From: an uncultured bacterium
GTDB lineage: Bacteria > Acidobacteriota > Aminicenantia > UBA2199
Length of the DNA stretch: 64,000 nt
Assembly: GCA_965603365.1 (NCBI GenBank)
Contig: CBFDCR010000004.1
Coordinates: 21,260-85,259 of the forward strand
Direction: 5' to 3'
Shown piece after piece: positions 27,938 to 37,476 of this stretch; within the stretch, counting starts at the first letter, position 1, and the number at the start of each line of letters is the position of its first letter. The notes under the pieces are model-generated. The model had not been told where the DNA came from. It saw only the letters and a program-made list of their open reading frames with translations, and did no database searches. A program made the translations under genes and the position numbers.

Positions 27938-29336
27938 TGAAAAGCTCCTGCAAAGTCCGTTCCAGGGCAATTCCCCGGGACGCCTTGAGCAGCATCACAC
28001 TGCCCGCCCCGGCAATCCCTTTTAAAAATCGTCCCGCTTCGGTAGAATCGCCGCACATCTTAACCTTTTGCCCGGCGTAACCGGTATGCTGCGCACCCTC
28101 GGCTATCTTTTCTGCCCGCCGGCCAACTGTTACCAGGAAATCAAAATGCAGGCCCGAAAAAAAAGTACCCACATCAAAGTGAAAATCCTCTTCCCCCTCA
28201 CCCAGTTCCAGCATATCCCCCAGCACCGCAATCTTCTTCCCCTTCCAATCAAGAAATTCCTGATCCACCCAGTCGAGCGCCTTCTTCAAAGCTTCGGGGT
28301 TTGAATTGTACGTCTCGTCGATGATGGTGAAGCCATTTTTCCGGTAGATTTCGCCTCGACGGGCCAGGGATTTTACGTCTGCCAGGGCCTGCTGGATCTC
28401 GAAGTGCTTCATCCCCAGGTGCTGGCAAACCACCACTGCAGCAAATAGATTTTCGGATAGGACCCGGTTGACGACATGGGTGCTGAATTCGGTTTTAATG
28501 CCGTAAAATTCCATCACCAACCGGGTACCCTCCTTTTCGCGAACAACCTCCTTTAAAATAATATCGTTGTGGGCAGGACTTTTACCGAAAAAAACCTTGC
28601 GACCTCTTTTGGGGGCCACCGCTTGCCTGAGGGGTTGGGAGTCGCCATTGATGAAACCCACATCGTCGGCAGCCAGATGATTCAAAATTTCCGATTTGGC
28701 CGCGGCAATATTGTCCAGGTTTTTGAGAAATTCCAGGTGTACCGGATAGACATTGAGGATGACCGCCACATCTGGGCGCAAGATGTCGGCCAGGAGATCG
28801 ATTTCGCCGATGCCGGGATCACTCATGGCCAGTTCAAACACCGCAGCCTCCTCTTCACCGGTCATCTTCAACAGGGAAAAGGGCAGCCCGATGCAGTTAT
28901 TCCAGTTCTCATGGGAGCGATGGGTTCTATATTTGTGGGACAGCAGTTGATAGATGAATTCCTTGGTAGTCGTCTTGCCGGCGCTGCCGGTTACCCCGAT
29001 ATACTTTGTCTTTCTGAATTTATTTCGAACATGGACGGCCAGTTGCTGAGCGGCCGCCAGGGGGTCGTCCACCCGGATGAGCGGTAGAGTCAAACCAGCA
29101 GTATTAAAATCTTTTGCAACCACCGCCCCCACCTCTTTTTTCTTGTCTAAATCCCTGACAAAACGATGGCCATCATTGTCCCGGGTTTTTAAAGCAAAAA
29201 ATAACGTCCCTTCCGAACGGATCAACCGGGTATCGAAATGAAAATCGGAAAACAGCAGATTTTGACGATTTTCGGGAATATTCTCCAGGCTGCCCCGGGT
29301 CACCCCGGCAATTTCCCGAATCCCCAATCTCGGCAC
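27930..29336 (-). CDS. murF: UDP-N-acetylmuramoyl-tripeptide--D-alanyl-D-alanine ligase
   Basis: IGVTGSAGKTTTKEFI P-loop, MurF-type N-terminal domain. Confidence 0.85.
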   Translation of the reverse strand: MPRLGIREIAGVTRGSLENIPENRQNLLFSDFHFDTRLIRSEGTLFFALKTRDNDGHRFVRDLDKKKEVGAVVAKDFNTAGLTLPLIRVDDPLAAAQQLAVHVRNKFRKTKYIGVTGSAGKTTTKEFIYQLLSHKYRTHRSHENWNNCIGLPFSLLKMTGEEEAAVFELAMSDPGIGEIDLLADILRPDVAVILNVYPVHLEFLKNLDNIAAAKSEILNHLAADDVGFINGDSQPLRQAVAPKRGRKVFFGKSPAHNDIILKEVVREKEGTRLVMEFYGIKTEFSTHVVNRVLSENLFAAVVVCQHLGMKHFEIQQALADVKSLARRGEIYRKNGFTIIDETYNSNPEALKKALDWVDQEFLDWKGKKIAVLGDMLELGEGEEDFHFDVGTFFSGLHFDFLVTVGRRAEKIAEGAQHTGYAGQKVKMCGDSTEAGRFLKGIAGAGSVMLLKASRGIALERTLQELFND

Positions 29337-29337
29337 C

Positions 29338-30864
29338 TTAGACCTCCCTCTCGACAGCCGGTTTCCCTTTCAAAATCCGCTCTACCACTTCAAAATCATC
29401 AAAACGGATGGTGCGGTCGGCAAATATTTGATAATCTTCATGGCCCTTGCCGGCAATCACCACCAGATCATCCTTACAGGCCATTTTCAGCGCCCTCCTG
29501 ATGGCCGTTTCCCGGTCCACCTCGACGATATATTGACGAAATCCCAGCTCAAAACCCTCGACAATATCTTCGATAATGTCCGCCGGTTCCTCCTGCCTGG
29601 GATTATCGCTGGTCACCACCACCAGATCGGCATTCACCGAGGCTATTTCCCCCATCCTGGGCCTCTTGGTCGTATCCCGGGAACCGCCGGCACCGAACAC
29701 CAGGATGATTCTGCCGCTTACGACCTCCCTTAAAGACTTCAGCAAATTCTCCAGGGCATTGTCGGTATGGGCATAATCGATCATGACGGAAAAATCGTTT
29801 TGATAAACAAAATCCAGCCGCCCCTTCACCGGTTTAAAATCCCCGACTGCCCCGGAGATATCTTCAAACGAGATCCCTTGAATCAGGGCCGAACTGACCG
29901 CCGCCAGGATATTCAACACATTCACCCGGCCCACCAGTGGGCTCTTGATCGCCAATTCGCCTTTCGGCGTCTTTAAGGTGGCCTCGATGCCCTTCAACGA
30001 GAGGTTGTAATGGAGGGGTCTCACATCGGCGGCGGTGGAAAAGCCGAAGGTGAGATATTTACTCTCCAGCGCCTCAAAAATTTCCCCGGAGCTCGGATCA
30101 TCAATATTGATGACCGCCCAATCGTCAACGGACAACTTTTGAAAGAGCCTCAGTTTGGACTCAAAATAATCCGCCATGGTCTGATGGAAATCCAGGTGGT
30201 CACCGGAAAAGGAGGTAAATATACCCTGGGAAAAGCGGATGTTATCCACCCGCTGTAACTTTAATGCCACCGACGATACCTCCATTACCAGTTGGCGGCA
30301 GCCCGCCGACCGGGCCTCCGACATAAACGCCATGATTTCCGGTGCCTCCGGGGTGGTGAGAGCGGTTTTCCTGAAAAAGCTCCCCTTCTCATCACCCGGG
30401 CAATTCAGCCGGCTCATCCCCAGGGTGCCGATCAGACCGCTGCCCCCTTGACGGCTCAAGATGGCGGCAACTAACGAGGCAACGGTGGTCTTGCCATTGG
30501 TACCGGTTACGCCGATGACCGTCATATCCTGGCCGGGGTGATCGTAAAATTCCGCCGACATCTTTGAAAGGGCCTGCCGATCATTCATGACCTGAACCCA
30601 ACAGACATCTTCGAATACCGGCAGCGGCGGGGCCTGGGAAACAATCACCGCGGCACCTCTCTTGATGGCCGCCTCCACATAGTTCAGGCCATCCACCCTG
30701 AAGCCCTTGATGGCCACGAAGCAGTACCCCTCTTCTACTTTGCGGGAATCGTGGCTAATTCCCGATATCTCGATGTCCAGACTTCCCCGCTGGCGGATGA
30801 TCGCCACCTCCTTTAACAATGTCTTCAACGTCTTCACATGCGCACCCTTATATCCTGATCTCAT
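29338..30864 (-). CDS. murE: UDP-N-acetylmuramoyl-L-alanyl-D-glutamate--2,6-diaminopimelate ligase
   Basis: VIGVTGTNGKTTVASLV, MurE-characteristic DNPR motif (TSDNPRQEEP). Confidence 0.9.
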   Translation of the reverse strand: MRSGYKGAHVKTLKTLLKEVAIIRQRGSLDIEISGISHDSRKVEEGYCFVAIKGFRVDGLNYVEAAIKRGAAVIVSQAPPLPVFEDVCWVQVMNDRQALSKMSAEFYDHPGQDMTVIGVTGTNGKTTVASLVAAILSRQGGSGLIGTLGMSRLNCPGDEKGSFFRKTALTTPEAPEIMAFMSEARSAGCRQLVMEVSSVALKLQRVDNIRFSQGIFTSFSGDHLDFHQTMADYFESKLRLFQKLSVDDWAVINIDDPSSGEIFEALESKYLTFGFSTAADVRPLHYNLSLKGIEATLKTPKGELAIKSPLVGRVNVLNILAAVSSALIQGISFEDISGAVGDFKPVKGRLDFVYQNDFSVMIDYAHTDNALENLLKSLREVVSGRIILVFGAGGSRDTTKRPRMGEIASVNADLVVVTSDNPRQEEPADIIEDIVEGFELGFRQYIVEVDRETAIRRALKMACKDDLVVIAGKGHEDYQIFADRTIRFDDFEVVERILKGKPAVEREV

Positions 30865-32572
30865 TCCGGCTGTCCGACACGGGGAATACCTTGAGATACA
30901 CCATCAATTTTTCGACAATGGCCCGGAACACCGGGGCCGCCACATCGCCGCCGTAATACTGCTTCCCCGGCTCATCAATCATGACGTATAGGGTAACCAG
31001 CGGACGGTCTGCCGGGAAAAAGCCGCCGAAGGAGGAGACATACTTCTCAATATACTGCCCATTTTTAACCTTCTGGGCCGTACCGGTCTTGCCGGCGATA
31101 TCAATACCATCGATTTTCGTTTTCCGGCCGGTGCCGTGGTTTACGACCTCCGTCATGATGGCGGTCAACCGGCGGGCAGTGGTGGAAGACAAAATTTTAA
31201 TCCGATCCCCCGGAGGTACGGCAACGCCTTCGATCTCCTTTAAAATATGGGGGGTCACCAGGTAGCCGCCCGAAGCGATTACATTGAAAGCCCGGATCAT
31301 CTGTATCGGCGTTACCGAGATTTCGTAGCCGTGGGCCAGGTAGGCCAGGGAGACATCACTCCATCTATCCAGGGGATTCAGGATTCCTTTCTCCTCTGCC
31401 GGCAGTCGGATGCCGCTCTTGAGTCCAAAGCCAAAGTTTTTGATGGATTCATAATACCGTTTTTTCCCCAGCCGCATGGCAATGCGGGCCGCCCCCACAT
31501 TGCTGGATTTGATGATGATCTCTTCAAAAGTTAACCTGTCAAAGGGATGGATATCCGTGATTTTCCGGTCTTTGACCCGGAGCTCACCGTGATAACAATC
31601 AAAGACCTGGTGTGGGTAACAAACTTTGTTCTCCAGGGCCGAAGCCGCTAAGATGACCTTGAAAGTGGATCCCGGGTCATACAAAAATGAGACGGCTTTA
31701 TTCTTTAATACCTTATAAGGGGTATATTGAATGCGCTCGGGTCTGTAATAGGGATAACTAGCCATGGCCAGGATGGCACCGTTTCGAGAATCCATCACAA
31801 TAACGGTTCCCCCTTTGGCCTGGAATCTGCGAACGCCCCTTTCCAGTTCCCTTTCCACAAAGTACTGGACGGAAGAATCAATGGTCAAATACACATCCTT
31901 GCCGGAGACCGGATGGCTCAGGTACTCCAGGTCGAATATCTTGAGTCGAGCATCTAACAACACTTTTACCCGGCCGCCCTTGCCCTTGATCTGGGAATCC
32001 AGCCCATACTCGATGCCCTCTAAACCCTGTTCATCAACACCCACACCACCGAGAATGTGGGCAGCCCTCGTTTTTTGGGGATAACTTCTCTTGTACTCAT
32101 CCACAAAACCGAGGATGGTTTTATCTTTCAGGCCCCCTCTGAGTTGCTCCAATGTACGGTATTCGGCATCCGTCAACTTCCTCTTGACCCAGATAAACCG
32201 TTCTCCCCGCTTGATGCGGCGGGCAATCTCCAGTTTCATTTTGCTGTCCAGTCCGACCCTTTTTTTGATTCGTTGGAATACCCCTGCCGCCTTATTTATA
32301 TTCCGGGCATTTAAGAAGCCCGATCTGGTCTTCACCGAGATGGCCAGCACTTCGTCCCGACAGTCATAGATCGTCCCCCGCTTAGGGTGCAGGGAAAATA
32401 TCCGTTTACTCTGGGCATTCACCCGGGATAAGTATTTATCGTAGTTGAAAATCTGGATTCTCACCAGGGTGAAGACAATAAACAGAACCCAGGCAAAAAA
32501 TATCACAAACAAGATAAAGGCCCGGTTCCGTTCATTGCTATTGATTTTCATTTTGGTCATCCTGGTTTTCAA
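30848..32572 (-). CDS. ftsI: penicillin-binding protein, transpeptidase (FtsI/PBP3-like)
   Basis: N-terminal TM anchor, dimerisation domain, transpeptidase SxxK (STFK), SxN and KTGT motifs. Confidence 0.85.
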   Translation of the reverse strand: MKTRMTKMKINSNERNRAFILFVIFFAWVLFIVFTLVRIQIFNYDKYLSRVNAQSKRIFSLHPKRGTIYDCRDEVLAISVKTRSGFLNARNINKAAGVFQRIKKRVGLDSKMKLEIARRIKRGERFIWVKRKLTDAEYRTLEQLRGGLKDKTILGFVDEYKRSYPQKTRAAHILGGVGVDEQGLEGIEYGLDSQIKGKGGRVKVLLDARLKIFDLEYLSHPVSGKDVYLTIDSSVQYFVERELERGVRRFQAKGGTVIVMDSRNGAILAMASYPYYRPERIQYTPYKVLKNKAVSFLYDPGSTFKVILAASALENKVCYPHQVFDCYHGELRVKDRKITDIHPFDRLTFEEIIIKSSNVGAARIAMRLGKKRYYESIKNFGFGLKSGIRLPAEEKGILNPLDRWSDVSLAYLAHGYEISVTPIQMIRAFNVIASGGYLVTPHILKEIEGVAVPPGDRIKILSSTTARRLTAIMTEVVNHGTGRKTKIDGIDIAGKTGTAQKVKNGQYIEKYVSSFGGFFPADRPLVTLYVMIDEPGKQYYGGDVAAPVFRAIVEKLMVYLKVFPVSDSRNEIRI

Positions 32573-32855
32573 AAACTTTGATGAATTGGTGGGGTTCGGG
32601 ATACTGATAACCTAATTCACGCATCACGATTCTTTCCACCCTATCCAAATTTAACAGACTGGCTCGACGGGCTTTCAACCTGTCAATTTCCTCCTTCAAC
32701 TTTTTTTCTTGCGCCATTAAATCCTGCATCCGATAGCCAAAATCGATATTTTTTAGATTGAGGCTGGAATAGGTAAAGAGCAATACGAATACCAAAAAGG
32801 TGATCAGCAAAAAGATACCGCTGATCGGTTTTTTCGACTTTTTCTTCACCTTCAT
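32538..32855 (-). CDS. ftsL: cell division protein FtsL-like (septum formation initiator family)
   Basis: Small bitopic protein: TM helix IFLLITFLVFVLLFTYSSL followed by a coiled coil (EKKLKEEIDRLKAR); position between mraZ and ftsI. Confidence 0.6.
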   Translation of the reverse strand: MKVKKKSKKPISGIFLLITFLVFVLLFTYSSLNLKNIDFGYRMQDLMAQEKKLKEEIDRLKARRASLLNLDRVERIVMRELGYQYPEPHQFIKVFENQDDQNENQ

Positions 32856-32859
32856 CTCC

Positions 32860-33354
32860 TTACTCCTGACCTTTCAATGAAGTAATTTCGTTTAAGATCC
32901 TCGATACCTTTTGCAGTTTCTCTTTGCCAAAGGGTTCACCCAATTCCTTTAATCTGAAATTCTCCTCGTTCCAGATCACCAGGTGGTTGGCCTTGCCCAT
33001 AACTCTGACCACTTCATCCAGTTGCCCCTCTTTTCTTAGAGCCGGCGGCACCAGTACCCTGCCCTTTGAGTCCAGTTCCGCTTCGGTTCCCCAATAACTC
33101 AAACGATTTACATAGGCATCCACATCGGGGTCCAGAATACCGGCATTCTCGATCTGGAACTCCACCTTTTCCCAGACCTTCATGGGATAGATTATCACAT
33201 GGTCGCCTTCCAGGGACGTAACATAGAGTTCTCGTCCATAACCGGCGTTAAAAACCGATAGAAATTTGGCGGGGATTTTAATTCTTCCCCTGTCATCGAT
33301 CTTCGCTTCGTAACTGCCTCTAAAACGCTGCGCTGTAGTCCCACTTTGTCCCAT
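32860..33354 (-). CDS. mraZ: transcriptional regulator MraZ
   Basis: Two DxxxR repeats (IDDRGRIKIP and DSKGRVLVP). The start is taken as MGQSG (33354) because the ORF-track start 33396 lies inside the promoter. Confidence 0.8.
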   Translation of the reverse strand: MGQSGTTAQRFRGSYEAKIDDRGRIKIPAKFLSVFNAGYGRELYVTSLEGDHVIIYPMKVWEKVEFQIENAGILDPDVDAYVNRLSYWGTEAELDSKGRVLVPPALRKEGQLDEVVRVMGKANHLVIWNEENFRLKELGEPFGKEKLQKVSRILNEITSLKGQE

Positions 33355-33364
33355 TTTGTCCCAC
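33338..33364 (-). promoter_or_regulatory. three direct GTGGGAC repeats at 10-bp period (MraZ-binding-repeat-like operator) overlapping the mraZ start
   Basis: Minus-strand reading: GTGGGAC-aaa-ATGGGAC-aaa-GTGGGAC (plus 33338-44, 33348-54, 33358-64); the middle repeat contains the mraZ ATG. Confidence 0.6.
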
Positions 33365-33366
33365 AA

Positions 33367-33395
33367 TATATTATATAATATATTATAAAATGTCA
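33367..33395 (-). promoter_or_regulatory. sigma70-type promoter TTGACA-17-TAATAT for the mraZ/dcw operon
   Basis: Minus-strand TTGACA (plus 33390-95), 17-nt spacer, TAATAT (plus 33367-72); implies a near-leaderless mraZ mRNA. Confidence 0.5.
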
Positions 33396-33436
33396 AGAAA
33401 TTCTAAATAAAAAATAATTTTTCTGCAAAAAAATGC

Positions 33437-33465
33437 TTGACACCCCAGATATAGTGCACTAAAAT
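33437..33465 (+). promoter_or_regulatory. sigma70-type promoter TTGACA-17-TAAAAT for nrdJ
   Basis: TTGACA 33437-42, 17-nt spacer, TAAAAT 33460-65; GAGGAG RBS 33485-90; TTG start 33498. Confidence 0.6.
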
Positions 33466-33497
33466 ATCATGGCAACTAAATAACCGAGGAGTACAAA

Positions 33498-35579
33498 TTG
33501 GAAGGTTTTAGTGAGAATGCCTTAAAGATACTTCGGGCACGCTATTTTAAGAAAAATGAAAAAGGTAAATTGCTCGAAAAAAAACCTTCGGATCTCTTCC
33601 GAAGGGTAGCCAGATATGTGGCCGGTTTCGAGAAAAGCGATCAAGATAAAAAGTTGTGGGAGAAAAAATATTTCGATGCCATGATGCGCAAAGATTTTAT
33701 ACCCAACTCCCCCACCCTGACTGGAGCCGACAGGGGATTATGCCTGTCCGCCTGTTTTGTGTTGCCCATCGAGGATTCCCTTGACGCCATATTTGAAACC
33801 GTCAAAAACGCCGCCCTGGTTCACAAGGAAGGCGGCGGCACCGGCTTTGATTTTTCCAGAATCAGACCCCAGGGCAGCTTTGTCCGAAAGACCCAGGGCA
33901 TCGCCTCCGGCCCTGTCTCGTTCTTAAAAGTCATCGATTCCGGCACCGAGGCGGTGAAGCAGGGGGGCACCCGCAGGGGGGCCAACATGGGGGTTCTCCG
34001 GGTGGACCATCCGGACATTAAAGACTTTATTTCCATGAAACTGGATGGCAAGACCGCCCAGAATTTTAATATTTCGGTGGCCGTGACCGACACATTTATA
34101 AAAGCCTTTAAAGAAGAAGCCACATACGATTTAATCAATCCCATGAATGGTGAAGTGGTGGGGCAGCAGGATGCCCGGGAAATATTCGATATAATTGTCG
34201 AAGCCGCCTGGCAAAACGGTGATCCGGGTCTGATCTTTATCGACCGGGTCAATGCCCTGAATCCCACCAGGGATCAAGGGCCCATCGGCGCCACCAACCC
34301 CTGCGGCGAGCAGCCTCTCCATCCCAACGAAGCCTGCAATCTGGGATCCATCAACATTGCCAATTTTTTCGATCCCAAAGGCAAGGATAGCTTTGACTGG
34401 CAAAGATTCCGGGAGACCATCGATATGGGGGTCCGCTTCTTAGACGATGTGATCGATGCCAATCTCTATCCCCTGCCGGAGATTAAGGCCATGGCCATGG
34501 CCAATCGTCGAATCGGTCTGGGGGTGATGGGATTTGCCGACCTGCTCATCAAGATGAAAATCAAGTACGACACCGAAGAGGCCCGGGAAGTGGGACGAAA
34601 GATCGCTAAATTTTTAAAGGAGCAAGCGATCAAGGCCTCAGAACGACTGGCGGAAGAGCGGGGTTCCTTCCCCAACATCGACCAATCGATCTACAAGGGC
34701 AAGAAAATGCGCAATGCCGCCGTGCTGACCATTGCTCCCACCGGCACCATATCACGCATTGCCGGTTGTTCCTCCAGTATCGAACCGGTATTCTCTTTTA
34801 GAGTCATCTCCAGAATTCTCGACGGCGAGATCAAGGACGTCCATCCCCTATATCAGGAGTGGGCCGACCGGAATCCCGGCGCCGAGCCGCCCGAATACTT
34901 CATCACCGCCGGAGACATCTCACCGGCCGACCATCTAAAAATGCAGGAGGCATTTCAGGAATATGTGGACAGCGCGGTGTCCAAAACCATCAATTTCCCC
35001 AACAAAGCCAACCGCGACGATATCGCCGGCGCCTATAAAATGGCCTTTGATATGAATATCAAAGGGATCACCGTTTACCGGGACGGCTGTCGGGCGGTAC
35101 AGGTGTTGAACAATGAAAACAACGTTTCACCCCGCCCGCTGGAACGGCCCGACACCATCCCCTCATACACCCACAAGATCTCCACCGGCCTGGGCAACCT
35201 ATATATCACGGTGACCTATTTTAACGAGAAGCCCTTCGAGGTCTTCTGCTCAATCGGCAAGAGCGGCTATTCGACCATGGCCGATGCCGAAGCCATCGGT
35301 CGGCTCTGTTCCCTGGCTCTAAGGAGCGGTATCCCGGCTACCGAGGTAGCCAGCCAACTGAAGGGCATCGGCGGTTCCGAACCCACCTTCCACAACGGCA
35401 GCCTGATCCATTCCATCCCCGATGCCATCGCCCAGGTGCTGGAAAACCATACCGGTAAGGTCAATTTCAAAAGACAGGACTTAAATACCATATCATGTCC
35501 CGTGTGCGGTGCCTCCCTGCCGGATGAGAAGTGTCCCACCTGCCCCAACTGCGCCTGGTCCCGCTGCAGCAGCACCTGA
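33498..35579 (+). CDS. nrdJ: adenosylcobalamin-dependent ribonucleotide reductase (class II, NrdJ)
   Basis: Class II RNR blocks: ...SACFVLPIEDSLD..., NPCGEQPL (catalytic Cys region), C-terminal Cys pairs CPVCG...CPTCPNC; TTG start. Confidence 0.9.
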   Translation: MEGFSENALKILRARYFKKNEKGKLLEKKPSDLFRRVARYVAGFEKSDQDKKLWEKKYFDAMMRKDFIPNSPTLTGADRGLCLSACFVLPIEDSLDAIFETVKNAALVHKEGGGTGFDFSRIRPQGSFVRKTQGIASGPVSFLKVIDSGTEAVKQGGTRRGANMGVLRVDHPDIKDFISMKLDGKTAQNFNISVAVTDTFIKAFKEEATYDLINPMNGEVVGQQDAREIFDIIVEAAWQNGDPGLIFIDRVNALNPTRDQGPIGATNPCGEQPLHPNEACNLGSINIANFFDPKGKDSFDWQRFRETIDMGVRFLDDVIDANLYPLPEIKAMAMANRRIGLGVMGFADLLIKMKIKYDTEEAREVGRKIAKFLKEQAIKASERLAEERGSFPNIDQSIYKGKKMRNAAVLTIAPTGTISRIAGCSSSIEPVFSFRVISRILDGEIKDVHPLYQEWADRNPGAEPPEYFITAGDISPADHLKMQEAFQEYVDSAVSKTINFPNKANRDDIAGAYKMAFDMNIKGITVYRDGCRAVQVLNNENNVSPRPLERPDTIPSYTHKISTGLGNLYITVTYFNEKPFEVFCSIGKSGYSTMADAEAIGRLCSLALRSGIPATEVASQLKGIGGSEPTFHNGSLIHSIPDAIAQVLENHTGKVNFKRQDLNTISCPVCGASLPDEKCPTCPNCAWSRCSST

Positions 35580-35617
35580 GGAGAAAAGTGGGAAAAAATG
35601 GGAAGCTAAGGAGAATA

Positions 35618-36894
35618 CATTGAAAGATAGAGTGGGTGTGATCGGCCTGGGTTACGTAGGATTGCCGTTGATCCGGGAGTTTTTGGCCAAAAACTTCTTT
35701 GTGACCGGCTTCGACATCGATAAAGACAAAATCGATAAATTACAAAAGGGTGAAAGCTACCTGCGTCACATACCGTCGGCAACGATCCGCACCTGGGCCG
35801 ATTCGGATCGATTCGTCGCCACTACCGATTTTACCAGGCTGAAAGAGGTGGATTCGATCTTGATTTGCGTCCCCACCCCCCTGGACGAATACAAGGAACC
35901 GGATCTCTCCTTTGTAGTACGCACCACCGAAACGGTAGCCAAAAATCTGCGAAAAGGCCACCTGGTCATTCTGGAGAGCACCACCTACCCCGGTACCACC
36001 GAGGAGGTAGTACTGCCAATCCTGGAAAAAACCGGCCTAAAAGCAGGGCAAGACTTTCACCTGGCCTACTCACCGGAGCGCGAAGACCCGGGCAACAAGG
36101 AATTTACCACCGGCAAAATCCCCAAGATCGTGGGCGGATATTCTGAAAAGTGTATGGAAAGGGCCGTCTCCCTGTATGACCATATCGTTCAAACAGTGCC
36201 GGTATCAAATCTCCGGGTGGCGGAAGCGGCCAAGATTCTGGAAAACACCTACCGGGCCGTCAACATCGCCCTGGTTAACGAACTGAAAATGTTGTTTGAG
36301 CGCATGGGCATTAATGTTTGGGAAGTGATTGAAGCGGCCAAAACCAAACCCTTCGGGTTTCAGGCCTTTTATCCAGGCCCCGGTCTGGGGGGACACTGTA
36401 TCCCTATCGACCCCTTCTACCTGACCTGGAAAGCCAAAGAATACGACTTCAGTACCCGCTTCATTGAACTGGCAGGAGAGATCAATACAAACCAGCCTTA
36501 TTACGTGATACAAAAGGTGTCGGAGGCTCTGAATCACTTTCGGAAACCCCTGAAGGGCAGTAAGATCTTAATTATCGGCATGGCCTACAAGAAGGATGTG
36601 GACGACATGCGGGAGAGCCCCTCCCTTAAAATTTACGATCTGTTGACCGAAAAGGGAGCTGAGGTGGATTATTACGATCCCTATGTGCCGGAGACCGGCC
36701 CCCACCGCCGCTACCCCGAGGTGCAGCTCAAATCCATCGACTATTCCCCCCAGATGATCGAAACCTTTGATCTCATCCTTCTGTTAACGGATCACACCCA
36801 TCTCCCTTACGACGAAATTTTTGAGCATGCCCACGCCATTGTCGACACCCGCAACGCCTTCCCCCAAAAATCCGACAAAATCTTCAAAGCCTAA
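35618..36894 (+). CDS. UDP-N-acetyl-D-glucosamine/mannosamine 6-dehydrogenase family protein (WbpA/Cap5O-like)
   Basis: VGVIGLGYVGLPL Rossmann motif, catalytic GLGGHCIPIDP; the start is reassigned to TTG 35618 (AAGGAG RBS 35608-13), since the ORF-track start 35509 overlaps nrdJ. Confidence 0.8.
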
Positions 36895-37010
36895 ACCCCC
36901 AAATAAAACAATCAAAGACACTCGGAAATTACTGAAATTACTTCCTGTCGAAAAACTGGTGCCCGAAAATTTGCCCGTTCCTTTTTACGGCCCTCAAATA
37001 TTTTTGTCCA

Positions 37011-37220
37011 GGGGTTGGGAACAATTTTTTAGGCATTGGCAATGATTTTTTAGGCGTTGTGAATCGTTTCCGAGGCGTTGTGGATGATTTTTTAGGCATT
37101 GTGGATCGTTTCGGAGGGGTTGGTAACGGTTATTTAGGGGTTGTCAATCACTTCTTAGCAGTTGGGAACCGTTTTTTAGTGCCCGGGAATGAGTTCTTAG
37201 GCAACGTGTGTCCTTAAATG
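37011..37220. repeat. 21-bp tandem repeat array C (10 units, consensus ~GGCGTTGTGAATGATTTTTTA)
   Basis: Units begin at 37011, 37032, 37053, 37074, 37095, 37116, 37137, 37158, 37179 and 37200. The plus frame encodes GVGNNFL/GIGNDFL/GVVNRFR... heptads but has no start codon. Confidence 0.85.
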
Positions 37221-37476
37221 AACGAATGGTAAGCGTTAAGGAGTGTTTTTTTGCTGACCGGTAAACGAGAAATAAATTGAACTCTTCCTCCTGAAAATTT
37301 AATATGGCTATATCAATCTTAAACGCAGGCTGAAGATAAAAAAAAATTTTCCCCTTTGCAATTAACGCTATCCTGTATTATAATCTTACTTAGAACGGAA
37401 ATTTAGAAAATTCATTTTTCACAGGTAACAAAAAAATGATCGAAACAAATAAGTATTCATTCATAAAGGAGGCAAG

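Noticed and set aside
33443-33465. NrdR box in the nrdJ promoter
   Set aside because: Only a half-site-like ATATAGTG is present in the spacer. There is no second box or full 16-bp palindrome
36906-37214. Open frame encoding GVGNNFL-type heptads across tandem array C
   Set aside because: No ATG/GTG/TTG start near its 5' end and it begins immediately after the stop of the upstream dehydrogenase gene. Treated as a non-coding or pseudogenised repeat
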